Shown: positions 1 to 11,995 of the stretch, one piece after another | How positions within the stretch are numbered: position 1 is the first letter of the stretch | Layout: every line of letters begins with the position of its first letter | From: Tubiluchus corallicola | Taxonomy: Eukaryota; Animalia; Priapulida | Direction: 5' to 3' | Length of the DNA: 28,225 bases | NCBI GenBank assembly: GCA_030141605.1 | Contig: JAQGDQ010001714.1 | Location: forward strand, 1 to 28,225 | Notes under the pieces: model-generated | Databases searched by the model: none | Seen by the model: the letters and a program-made list of their open reading frames with translations, nothing else | What the model was told of the DNA's origin: nothing | Translations under genes and position numbers: made by a program

Positions 1-1729
1 GCCTCCTGTAACAACACAGTCAGCCATTATTATTTGAGATAATGTCAGTTGTATGCCATCTGTAACAGACACTGTCAGCCATTATTATTTGAGATAATGT
101 CAGTTGTATGCCTCCTGTAACAGACACAGTCAGCCATTATTATTTGAGATAATGTCAGTTGTATGCCATCTGTAACAGACACAGTCAGCCATTATTATTT
201 GAGATAATGTCAGTTGTATGCCTCCTGTAACAGACACAGTCAGCCATTATTATTTGAGATAATGTCAGTTGTATCTCTCCTGTAACAACACAGTCAGCCA
301 TTATTATTTGAGATAATGTCAGTTGTATGTCATCTGTAACAGACACAGTTAGCCATTATTATTTGAGATAATGTCAGTTGTATGCCTCCTGTAACAGACA
401 CAGTCAGCCATTATTATTTGAGATAATGTCAGTTGTATCTCTCCTGTAACAACACAGTCAGCCATTATTATTTGAGATAATGTCAGTTGTATGTCATCTG
501 TAACAGACACAGTTAGCCATTATTATTTGAGATAATGTCAGTTGTATGCCTCCTGTAACAGACACAGTCAGCCATTATTATTTGAGATAATGTCAGTTGT
601 ATGCCTCCTGTAACAGACACAGTCAGCCATTATTATTTGAGATAATGTCAGTTGTATCTCTCCTGTAAGAGACACAGTCAGCCATTATTATTTGAGATAA
701 TGTCAGTTGTATCCCTCCTGTAGCAGAAACAGTCAGCCATTATTATTTGAGAAAATGAGTTGTATGCCTCCTGTAACACACAGTTGTATTATTTGAGATA
801 ATGTCAGTTGTATCTCTCCTGTAAGAGACACAGTCAGCCATTATTATTTGAGATAATGTCAGTTGTATCCCTCCTGTAGCAGAAACAGTCAGCCATTATT
901 ATTTGAGAAAATGTCAGTTGTATGCCTCCTGTAACAGACACAGTTAGCCATTATTATTTGAGAAAATGTCAGTTGTATGCCTCCTGTAAAGACACAGTCA
1001 GCCATTATTATTTGAGATAATAGTTTATCCTCTTGTAACAGACACAGTCAGCCATTATTATTTGAGAAAATGTCAGTTGTATGCCTCCTGTAACAGACAC
1101 AGTTAGCCATTATTATTTGAGAAAATGTCAGTTGTATGCCTCCTGTAACAACACAGTCAGCCATTATTATTTGAGATAATGTCAGTTGTATGCCATCTGT
1201 AACAGACACAGTCAGCCATTATTATTTGAGAAAATGTCAGTTGCCTCCTGTAACAGACACAGTCAGCCATTATTATTTGAGATAATGTCAGTTGTATCTC
1301 TCCTGTAAGAGACACAGTCAGCCATTATTATTTGAGATAATGTCAGTTGTATGCCTCCTGTAACAGACACAGTCAGCCATTATTATTTGAGATAATGTCA
1401 GTTGTATCTCTCCTGTAACAACACAGTCAGCCATTGTTATTTGAGATAATGTCAGTTGTATGCCTCCTGTAACAACACAGTCAGCCATTATTATTTGAGA
1501 TAATGTCAGTTGTATGCCATCTGTAACAGACACTGTCAGCCATTATTATTTGAGATAATGTCAGTTGTATGCCTCCTGTAACAGACACAGTCAGCCATTA
1601 TTATTTGAGATAATGTCAGTTGTATGCCTCCTGTAACAGACACAGTCAGCCATTATTATTTGAGAAAATGTCAGTTGTATGTCATCTGTAACAGACACAG
1701 TTAGCCATTACTATTTGAGATAATGTCAG
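1..1729. repeat. Minisatellite, ~55-bp unit, ~31 copies (runs off the window start)
   Basis: Consensus GCCTCCTGTAACAGACACAGTCAGCCATTATTATTTGAGATAATGTCAGTTGTAT repeated head-to-tail with small substitutions/indels; no unique spacers. Confidence 0.97.
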
Positions 1730-1744
1730 TTGCACGCCTTCGAT

Positions 1745-2712
1745 AGAAAGACATTTAGCTTACTTAGAAAAGCATGTTTGAAATATTCAAACTTACCACT
1801 GTTCAATACAGTTTATAGAAAGACATTTAGCTTACTTAGAAAAGTATGTTTGAAATATCCAAACTTACCACTGTTCAATACAGTTTATAAAAAGGCATTT
1901 AGCTCACTTAGCAAAGTATGTTTGAAATGTCTAAACTTACCACTGTTCAATACAGTTTATAAAAAGACATTCAGCTCACTTAGAAAAGTATGTTTGAAAT
2001 ATCTAAACTTACCACTGTTCAATACAGTTTATAGAAAGACATTTAGCTTACTTAGAAAAGCATGTTTGAAATATCCAAACTTACCACTGTTCAATACAGT
2101 TTATAGAAAGACATTTAGCTTACTTAGAAAAGTATGTTTGAAATATCCAAACTTACCACTGTTCAATACAGTTTATAAAAAGGCATTTAGCTCACTTAGC
2201 AAAGTATGTTTGAAATGTCTAAACTTACCACTGTTCAATACAGTTTATAAAAAGACATTTAGCTCACTTAGCAAAGTATGTTTGAAATATCTAAACTTAC
2301 CACTGTTCAATACAGTTTATAAAAAGACATTTAGCTCACTTAGAAAAGTATGTTTGAAATATCTAAACTTACCACTGTTCAATACAGTTTATAGAAAGAC
2401 ATTTAGCTTACTTAGAAAAGTATGTTTGAAATATCCAAACTTACCACTGTTCAATACAGTTTATAAAAAGACATTTAGCTTACTTAGAAAAGTATGTTTG
2501 AAATGTCTAAACTTACCACTGTTCAATACAGTTTATAGAAAGACATTTAGCTTACTAAGAAAAGTATGTTTGAAATATCCAAACTTACCACTGTTCAATA
2601 CAGTTTATAAAAAGACATTTAGCTTACTTAGAAAAGTATGTTTGAAATATCTAAACTTACCACTGTTCAATACAGTTTATAGACATTTAGCTTACTTAGA
2701 AAAGTATCTTTG
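1745..2712. repeat. Minisatellite, 72-bp unit, ~13 copies
   Basis: Unit AGAAAGACATTTAGCTTACTTAGAAAAGTATGTTTGAAATATCCAAACTTACCACTGTTCAATACAGTTTAT; the 24-aa periodicity of ORF 1730-2713 reflects it. Confidence 0.97.
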
Positions 2713-3228
2713 AAATGTATGTGTGTCCTGCAATATGGACTAAATGACAGGTAAAAAAGCAAACAAAGCTCTAAGCAGCTATAATCAGTTTTTGAAGGGT
2801 AGTGGATGGTAGGATCTGTGACTGATGTCTTCACTTACACCCGTGTGTTTCAAAGGTGCATTCTGGGAAGACACCTAATCACAGTTAGACTACCACCGTA
2901 TTTACTACCAGAACAATTTACTGTGCATAGATTTAACAAGGTAGAGAATGAAATTTAATGATTATTGATTTTTCAAGCTATTTAAGCCCTTTTCACACAG
3001 CTACTTACATAAGTGGCAAGATAATTAATAACCCATCATTGAAAAGGACAATCGTATTCATCCCCATCCCATCCCATCCCGAATAAGACAAATTGTCATC
3101 ACCGTCATCATCGTTGTCGTCTGTTCAATCACGTGTCCAGCGACCACTGAGATATTTCTTTTTTTTCCATGATTCATCACATGAAACTATTCATTTTTTT
3201 TCAGCGTGTTGCAGGAATTTGGGAAACT

Positions 3229-3880
3229 TCAGCTTTCAACACGGCGGTGGCGGCGATAGCGGGGTCGGTGGTGACGTCGGCGAGGTGGAGGTCTGGTTTG
3301 TTGGTCTATTAGTTTCTTGAGCTCCAAAGTTAAATCCGCCAAAGCTTTAACGACGTCCAGAATCTTGCTAGAAGAGACTGGTTGACACATCTCCGTGTCA
3401 TCTCCAGGAGGTCTAGTTTGTTGGTCTATTAGTTTCTTGAGCTCCAAAGTTAAATCCGCCAAAGCTTTAAAGACGTCCAGAATCTTGCTAGAAGAGACTG
3501 GTTGACACATCTCCGGGTCATCTCCAGGAGGTCTAGTTTGTTGGTCTGTTAGTTTCTTGAGCTCCAAGGTCAAGTCTGCCAAAGCTTTAAAGACGTCCAG
3601 AATCTTGCTAGAAGAGACTGGTTGACACATCTCCGGGTCATCTCCAGGAGGTCTAGTTTGTTGGTCTATTAGTTTCTTGAGCTCCAAGGTCAAGTCTGCT
3701 AAAGCTTTAAAGACGTCCAGAATCTTGCTAGAAGAGACTGGTTGACACATATCCAGGTCATCTCCAGCGGATGAACAAGTGGAAGGGAGATCAAAACTGA
3801 TTTCACCGCTTTCGATTTCGATGTGTTTCTGTTCCAAGCCATAATGTCTCCAGGTTGGTTGAAGCAGGTCATGCTTATAC
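3229..3880 (-). CDS. Putative coding segment of an unknown protein with four 40-aa tandem repeats (helix plus Pro/acidic linker); start not defined
   Basis: Open frame; repeat MCQPVSSSKILDVFKALADLTLELKKLIDQQTRPPGDDPE; five third-position synonymous differences between copies in the L-A-D-L-T codons; possible acceptor TTTCTTTTTCGTTTAAAAAG near 3880. Confidence 0.5.
3287..3767. repeat. 120-bp tandem repeat, 4 copies
   Basis: Lines at 3301, 3421, 3541 and 3661 are near-identical at 120-bp spacing. Confidence 0.97.
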
Positions 3881-4169
3881 TTTTTAAACGAAAAAGAAAG
3901 AGAAACTATTATTGCATGAATTACAACGTCATATTCAAAATAATCAAACTCTAATTCGTTATAATCGATGTCATTATCAGAATAAACAATTTCAAATGTG
4001 TACACATGTGTGTGTGCGCATGCATGTGCATATGCGTGTGTGCTTGTGCATGTGCACGTGTTTGTGTGTAACACACACAAATGTATGTACACTTTAATCA
4101 TAAATCATCATTGAGTTATAGCAAAAATAATTTTTGAATTATTAAGTAATTTGAATAAATTAAGTAATG

Positions 4170-5012
4170 AAGTACAGAATTCATGGTACAAGGTTAGTAC
4201 AAAATAAAACACACAAGTACAAACGAATAAATTAAAAGTACAGAATTCATGGTACATGGTTAGTACAAAATAAAACACACAAGTACAAACGAATAAATTA
4301 AAAGTACAGAATTCATGGTACATGGTTAGTACAATATAAAACACACAAGTACAAGCAAATAAATTAAAAGTACAGAATTCATGGTACATGGTTAGTACAA
4401 TATAAAACACACAAGTACAAGCAAATAAATTAAAAGTACAGAATTCATGGTACATGGTTAGTACAAAATAAAACACACAAGTACAAACGAATAAATTAAA
4501 AGTACAGAATTCATGGTACATGGTTAGTACAATATAAAACACACAAGTACAAGCAAATAAATTAAAAGTACAGAATTCATGGTACATGGTTAGTACAAAA
4601 TAAAACACAAGTACAAACGAATAAATTAAAAGTACAGAATTCATGGTACATGGTTAGTACAATATAAAACACACAAGTACAAGCAAATAAATTAAAAGTA
4701 CAGAATTCATGGTACATGGTTAGTACAAAATAAAACACACAAGTACAAACGAATAAATTAAAAGTACAGAATTCATGGTACATGGTTAGTACAATATAAA
4801 ACACACAAGTACAAGCAAATAAATTAAAACTACAGAATTCATGGTACATGGTTAGTACAATATAAAACACACAATTACAAGCAAATAAATTATAAATACA
4901 GAATTCATGGTACATGGTTAGTACAATATAAAACACACAAGTACATGCAAATAAACTAAAAGTACAGAAATCATGGTACATGGTTAGTACAATATAAAAC
5001 ACACAAGTACAA
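4170..5012. repeat. Minisatellite, 66-bp unit, ~13 copies
   Basis: Unit TAGTACAAAATAAAACACACAAGTACAAACGAATAAATTAAAAGTACAGAATTCATGGTACATGGT; one 2-bp deletion near 4605 splits the artefactual ORFs. Confidence 0.97.
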
Positions 5013-5603
5013 TTAAAAATGCAGGTAAAATGGTTGTAAAACTGATTATTACGATAAAATTGCATAATTATAGTAAAAAATTTACATCATACATCAAATC
5101 GTACATTTTCTAGTAAATATTTTTTATATGTTCCATTTATTTTAAATACTCGCTTGTTTTATTTTACTGGGTAAATTTTTTCACATTTTAGCACAATTGT
5201 ACATGACAGAATGTTTCATAACGTTGGTTCTGCACTTAGGGAAGTGCAGTAATGTGTGGTTTTGTCGAGTTTGATATAAATTCATACTGCTATTATAATT
5301 GAAAAAATGATGATTAAATTTGCATGTTTGTCACGTTTTACACAGTATTAAAACAACGACTAAGAATTTTTTAAAGCAGAACCAGCACTAATTTTAGCTA
5401 CGAGTCGCCATTAGGTATCTTAAAATCTTAAACAATTAATGAATACTCGTAAGCACATTTAATGATTGTTTTATAAAACATGATTTTTATATGAACACTT
5501 GTTTTTGATTATTGTCTGTGTGTGATGGAAAATAAATTTGTTTAGAAATGAAATTTATTTACTTGGCCTATTTTTGTGTGATCTCAAGTGTGAGAATGTA
5601 TTA

Positions 5604-5767
5604 CGGCGCGTTCAGACTAGCAAGTTTTATATGAGACAGCAAACTCGCAAGCGTGTGAACTACTGTGTGAGTTACTGTCGGCAAGTTATTGCAAACTCTC
5701 CGACAGTTACTGTGAGTACACGCTTGTGAGTTACTTGGCATGAAAACTCACTAGCCTGAACCCTCTG
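5604..5767. mobile_element. Fold-back (palindromic) MITE flanked by TA, Tc1/mariner-type
   Basis: TA|CGGCGCGTTCAGACTAGCAAGTTTT...AAAACTCACTAGCCTGAACCCTCTG|TA; inner arms AACTCGCAAGCGTGT/ACACGCTTGTGAGTT and CTGTCGG/CCGACAG also pair. Confidence 0.7.
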
Positions 5768-5945
5768 TATCCTGAATAACGACTTTTTCATTTATGAAAG
5801 TACAAGACAAGTTAAGTACACAAAATAAATACAAACTATTTCAGCGTGAAAGTATAAAGGAACTTTACAAAAGCCAAGCAACACTTTCTGCATGTTTTGC
5901 CTTTAATTATAATATCGATTTACATTATCATATAAACGAATTTGT

Positions 5946-5993
5946 TTAATCATCCTGGAACGGGGTTTGCTTAATCATCCTGGAACGGGGTTT
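5946..5993. repeat. 25-bp tandem duplication
   Basis: TTAATCATCCTGGAACGGGGTTT occurs twice in tandem. Confidence 0.9.
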
Positions 5994-7040
5994 CATTTGA
6001 CTAATCAAAATTCAAAACGACAAAAATCGTAAGTTGTGCGTGACGTAAGCAAAATGAAAATTCAACGTCCAAAATTAACTTCGTATTTCACATCATTTAA
6101 TCTGTGGAATTAAATTAAGAACAAAGTTTGCAAATTAATAACGAATCAACCTGTCACACCGACGAAATTTGCCTAGTATATGTTACAACAAAATGGCCAG
6201 AATCCGTCATACAAACTCTAAATTGACTTTAAAGTGACCGATTAACTAAGCATAAATTACATTAGTCCAAATATAGAAATAAACAGTTTGAAATGACTGA
6301 AAATGAAAAAGAGAAGAGAAGAAAAAGGGAAAAAGACAGCAGAAGACCGAGGGAAAGAACCAATGCACGATGAATGAAATACATGATTGAGTGAGCGATT
6401 AAATTGTAAGAAATAAATTCACTGTGAAAGATGCAAAACAAGTGCTTCTTACATAAAGATTTTTTTACTTATTGTACTATTTTTACTTAAAATAGATTGT
6501 ATATTATACTTACGAATATGGCTGGCATTATCAGACCGTTTTCCATTGTACACTTTAATGAAAACAATTATTTAATATTAATAAAAGCACTATAGTAATA
6601 ATAACAACTATTACTAAATATTCAAAGACACACGTGGCTCAAATGGTAACTAAATAATACCGCAACGTTTAAATGACCCAGATGATCGTCCTGCTAAGTC
6701 TATAGACAAAGGCCACACATTAGAAAACTAGTCTTAAGTACTGATTGCGTTGTTCATTACAGAACTGTGGTAATTACAGGGATTTGCTTAGTTCTGTGAC
6801 AGGCGTGGAATGTGTTACTGGACGCAAGACAGTTTAAAAGAAAACACGAATTTTTTTCCCCAGGGCAAAGCTGTTTGACGTGGCTAGAAAACAAGTCTAT
6901 TTTTGTTCTACTTGAAAAATTGGTCATCTGTCTATCACACAAACTAGTCCACGTTTTCACTTTTCATTATCTGCTAAAAGTAATTAATTAAAAGTCTTGG
7001 TCTTCTAGTGAACTGTGAACAAATGCAGCCAGAAGCAGCC

Positions 7041-7403
<363 letters not shown>

Positions 7404-9546
7404 AACTGTTTGTTAAATTTATTTTCTGATCTTTTTTATTTATTATTGTTCGGTTTTCAGAGCTTATTGTTGTTTATTATTGAAATATGAAGTCACGTGA
7501 TAGTCATTTATTTGTTACAATGCCACTTACATGCAAATCATGAAAATAATGCGATTAAAATCTTTATTTCTTTTACATTCAGTTTGTGGGCTGAGCTATT
7601 CAACTGTCACCGTCTCACCTTGTTAATTTTCAATCATCTTACAATTTAAAGGAAGACAGGATGATTTTTCATCAGCTTCCCCATTATCAAGTCTCATACA
7701 TTTTAACACCAATAATACTGGGAAAGCGTTTCTAATCGACTAAAATCTGAATTTACGGCGGGCGAGCCAAACTTTTTATCACATCACAAACTAACATAAT
7801 TTTCAACAGCAAAAACATTCAACGAGCGTGTTGCACGTGTTTGCTAAAGCGAAAATTGAAGTACAGTGCTACTGTAAGATATTCAGTGTGTTGTACTAAA
7901 ACTAGGCAAGTTTTAAGATCAAAATTCAAGTTTCAAATTTATCGCTGTATTCACGTATGAGCTGTCCAACGTGTGCAGTACGTCTCAAACTAACACATCT
8001 GAATTGAGAGGTACTCTTTTGCAATGCGTTTCCGAAATGCAGGCGCTAGTGCCCGTCTAACTAGCAAATGGGAAAATGCATGTAACAGCGAAGAACTAGT
8101 GGCGCGAACGTGAAATTGCGTTTGTGGGGCAATAATTCTTTAACGTAAGTCATTTTTGGAAAATAGTATGTTTCCTTTCAATATTTTAAGGAGTAGATTG
8201 TTTTGACCTGCAGTTTAAGATTGGCTGCTCCGATTTTGCTTTAAAGGAAACTGGTTCAAATCTAACAGTAAACAATTTTTTACAGACTTTAAACATTATA
8301 ATTACAGCCCCCCCCCTCCACAAATGTGGTGCCGAAAGAGTTTAATTTTTTTTATTATGTCATTAGTTGGATATGTTTGAAAATTGTTCGAGAGAACCGT
8401 GTCTTGACTGCATTACCGTATTAAAATAAGTTGATTTTTACCTTTCAGAATTTACCGCTGAATAGAGTAGTCTATTCGTAAGTTGACGTGCTATATATAT
8501 ATATTCTTTCTTCTCTTGAATGTGGGGAGAGCTTCATTTTTTCACGCGTTTACAAGCCTGTAGGCATTAGCGGTATCTAGTGATTTACTCTTGTAAAAAC
8601 GTTCAAGGAAAATAAGGCTATAGAAACTTGCATATTACGAGCACGTATAATTTGACATATTAAACTACTGACACGGTTTCAACATTGTTGTCAATAACGG
8701 TATTCAGTAATGGAGTTCATACAAAACTTTTACTCTAATATTTACGTGTTTGTGCTTCGCAAAACTACCTGTCAGTTGGTCTAAATATTTAAAGCAAAAG
8801 TCAACTCTCTCAGAATGTTGAACTTATCTTCATATGTTAGAAAGTTTCAGCAATAAAATTTTGATAAGCATCTCGTGTAATTAGTAAAATCAATTTAAAG
8901 TCGTGATTCTTTACGCTTGGGGGCGTTGATTTTAGGTCAAAAATGACGTCAACATGTTTCCATGCAATATAAACATTTAACAAACCAGGTGCTTCAGAAT
9001 CTTTTTTAACTTGCAGAGCGAATTCTATAAACAAAGTAATCAGCCCGGTACATACTATGTGCTGGCAAGTTTACATTCGTATCTAAAAGTCAACAAAACT
9101 CTGTAAATTAATTATTTACACAATTAATGTTAATTACTTAAAAATATATTCAAGTGTAGTCCTGTAGACTGAAGCAATGTAACCACTTTAAATTTGATCA
9201 TAATTGATCGAATGACTAATTTCTGTATAAATACAGTTGAATACAACATTAGAATAACTAAACTTGTGAATGAACTGTAGAAATTCCTCAACGCTGACCT
9301 ACATCACAGCTTGCCTTGAGGCCATTCACGCTGCCCAGCAGACACCATTTTACGTTATTTTTACATTAAAATACAATAAATGTTATTCGAGGGTTTAAAA
9401 CATTTGCTCTAGTCAAATCTTAGTAGTTGGTCCCCCTGATTTATGTAGGTAGCGCTTGTTTGCCCATTTTCCCGTTTTTTCACTAGCAGCCCAGATAGGT
9501 GAACATTTTCCCTGAGATCAATGTGTTTCTAATTAACACGTTTTAT

Positions 9547-9585
9547 CGTTGTTGTTGTAGTTACTGCAGTTGCTGTTTCTGTTAC

Positions 9586-9622
<37 letters not shown>

Positions 9623-11197
9623 TCTGTTACTGCTGCTGCTGCTGTTGTTGCTGTTTCTGTTACTGCTGCTGTTTCTGTTACTGTTGCTACTGCTGCTGTT
9701 GCTTTTGCTGCTGCTGCTACTGCTGTTGCTGCTACTGTTGCTGATGCTGCTGTTGCTGCTGTTGCTGTTGCAGCTACTGTTGTTGCTGCTGCTGCTACTG
9801 TTACTACTACTGCTGTTGCTTTTGCTGCTGCTGCTACTGCTGTTGCTGCTACTGTTGCTACTGCTGTTGTTGCTCCCACTGTTGCTACTGCTGCTGTTGT
9901 TGCTGCTGTTGCTGTTGCTGCTACTGTTGTTGCTGCTGCTGTTGCTACTGTTGTTGCTGTTGTTGCTGCTGTTGCTGTTTCTGTTACTGCTGCTGCTGCT
10001 GTTGTTGCTGCTGCTGCTGTTGTTGCTGCTACTGTTGCTACTGCTGCTGCTGCTACTGCTGTTGCTGCTGCTGCTGTTGCTGCTGTTGTTACTGCTGCTG
10101 TTGTTGTTGCTGTTGCTGTTGTTGCTGCTACTGTTGCTACTGCTGCTGCTGCTACTGCTACTGCTGTTGCTGCTACTGTTGCTGCTGCTGCTGTTGTTGC
10201 TACTGCTGCTGCTGTTGTTGCTACTGCTGCTGCTGTTGTTGCTACTGCTGTTGTTGCTACTGCTGCTGTTGGTGCTGCTGCTGCTGTTGTTGCTGCTACT
10301 GTTGCTGCTGCTGTTGCTACTGCTACTGTTGCTGCTGTTGCTGTTGTTGCTGCTGCTGTTGCTGCTGCTGTTGTTGCTGTTTCTGTTACTGCTGCTGTTG
10401 TTGCTGCTGCTGTTTCTGTTACTGCTGCTGCTGCTGTTGTTGCTGTTTCTGTTACTGCTGCTGTTTCTGTTACTGTTGCTACTGCTGCTGTTGCTTTTGC
10501 TGCTGCTGCTACTGCTGTTGCTGCTACTGTTGCTGATGCTGCTGTTGCTGCTGTTGCTGTTGCAGCTACTGTTGTTGCTGCTGCTGCTACTGTTACTACT
10601 ACTGCTGTTGCTTTTGCTGCTGCTGCTACTGCTGTTGCTGCTACTGTTGCTACTGCTGTTGTTGCTCCCACTGTTGCTACTGCTGCTGTTGTTGCTGCTG
10701 TTGCTGTTGCTGCTACTGTTGTTGCTGCTGCTGTTGCTACTGTTGTTGCTGTTGTTGCTGCTGTTGCTGTTTCTGTTACTGCTGCTGCTGCTGTTGTTGC
10801 TGCTGCTGCTGTTGTTGCTGCTACTGTTGCTACTGCTGCTGCTGCTACTGCTGTTGCTGCTGCTGCTGTTGCTGCTGTTGTTACTGCTGCTGTTGTTGTT
10901 GCTGTTGCTGTTGTTGCTGTTACTGTTGCTACTGCTGCTGCTGCTACTGCTACTGCTGTTGCTGCTACTGTTGCTGCTGCTGCTGTTGTTGCTACTGCTG
11001 CTGCTATTGTTGCTACTGCTGCTGCTGTTGTTGCTACTGCTGTTGTTGCTACTGCTGCTGTTGGTGCTGCTGCTGCTGTTGTTGCTGCTACTGTTGCTGC
11101 TGCTGTTGCTACTGCTACTGTTGCTGCTGTTGCTGTTGTTGCTGCTGTTGTTGCTGTTGCTGCTACTGCTGCTGTTGCTACAGCTGCTGCTGCTACA
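9547..11197. repeat. Compound trinucleotide array (GCT/GTT/ACT) with a 792-bp higher-order duplication
   Basis: Rare variant triplets recur at 792-bp spacing: GAT at 9743/10535, GGT at 10271/11063, likewise the CCCACT and GCAGCT variants. Confidence 0.95.
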
Positions 11198-11995
11198 CTA
11201 GTAGTTTTTATTTCAAAGAAAATGTTCATAGCTATCTGAACTGTATATAAACTGACAAGACGTAACAAATGATTAACACATTTTGCTCTTACAGAACAAT
11301 TTACATTAATTATTAATCCAAACTCTTCTGTTTTGTTTCTTCCTATCAGAGTTTATTTCCTCTAATGAATATGAGAAAACCGAATAAATGAATATCTGAA
11401 TGTACCAATGTTTCCGTTGCTTTAGACTTCCCATCTTTTCTTTTGCCTGCAGCCATTGTTCAGTAGTGTGATTCCATTAACAACATTTATACATTCAACG
11501 TATAGCCTAATTCTGTTCTCTATGCATGTGCACTAAAAGACAACATCCATTAAATATGCTGTGTCATCAGCATCTGTTCTTGTCATCAACTAAATCATCT
11601 TCGTCGTGTTTATCTTTGCTAATGAGCTGGGTTCCAGACCAGCCACAATGATCAGTATTATCTGAGTGCTAGATCATATCTTCCAGTGTGTCAAACTGCT
11701 TGTAAAAAATGAAAAGTGAAAAATAAAAAATTTTCTTTTAGCTGCGATTCTACCTTGGCTTGCCAACACAGGACCTTCGTATGACATTATATAATCTAAA
11801 AAGCTTGTTAGAACTCAGATTTGGAGTGACTTTGTAAGTACACTAGTCCTGAATATTCTGCATGTTTCTGTATGTGCCCTAGACACTAGTGCGCCAGAAA
11901 GCATTGACATTCTATTTCTTGTTCAGTCTTTGTATGCATGTTGAAATTCTTCTGTTTGAAGTAACTGAATGTGTCTTCGATTGAATGTGTCTTAA

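Noticed and set aside
1730-2713. 327-aa ORF with a 24-aa LRR-like period
   Set aside because: Starts at TTG, coincides exactly with the minisatellite, and unit variants are mostly non-synonymous.
4108-5065. Cys/Phe-rich 22-aa repeat ORFs
   Set aside because: Translations of the 66-bp minisatellite, broken by a 2-bp deletion.
7650-8176. Third Kolobok-like element (TTAA|AGGAAG...TTTCCT|TTCA)
   Set aside because: TSD mismatched, TIR weak, no internal inverted arms seen.
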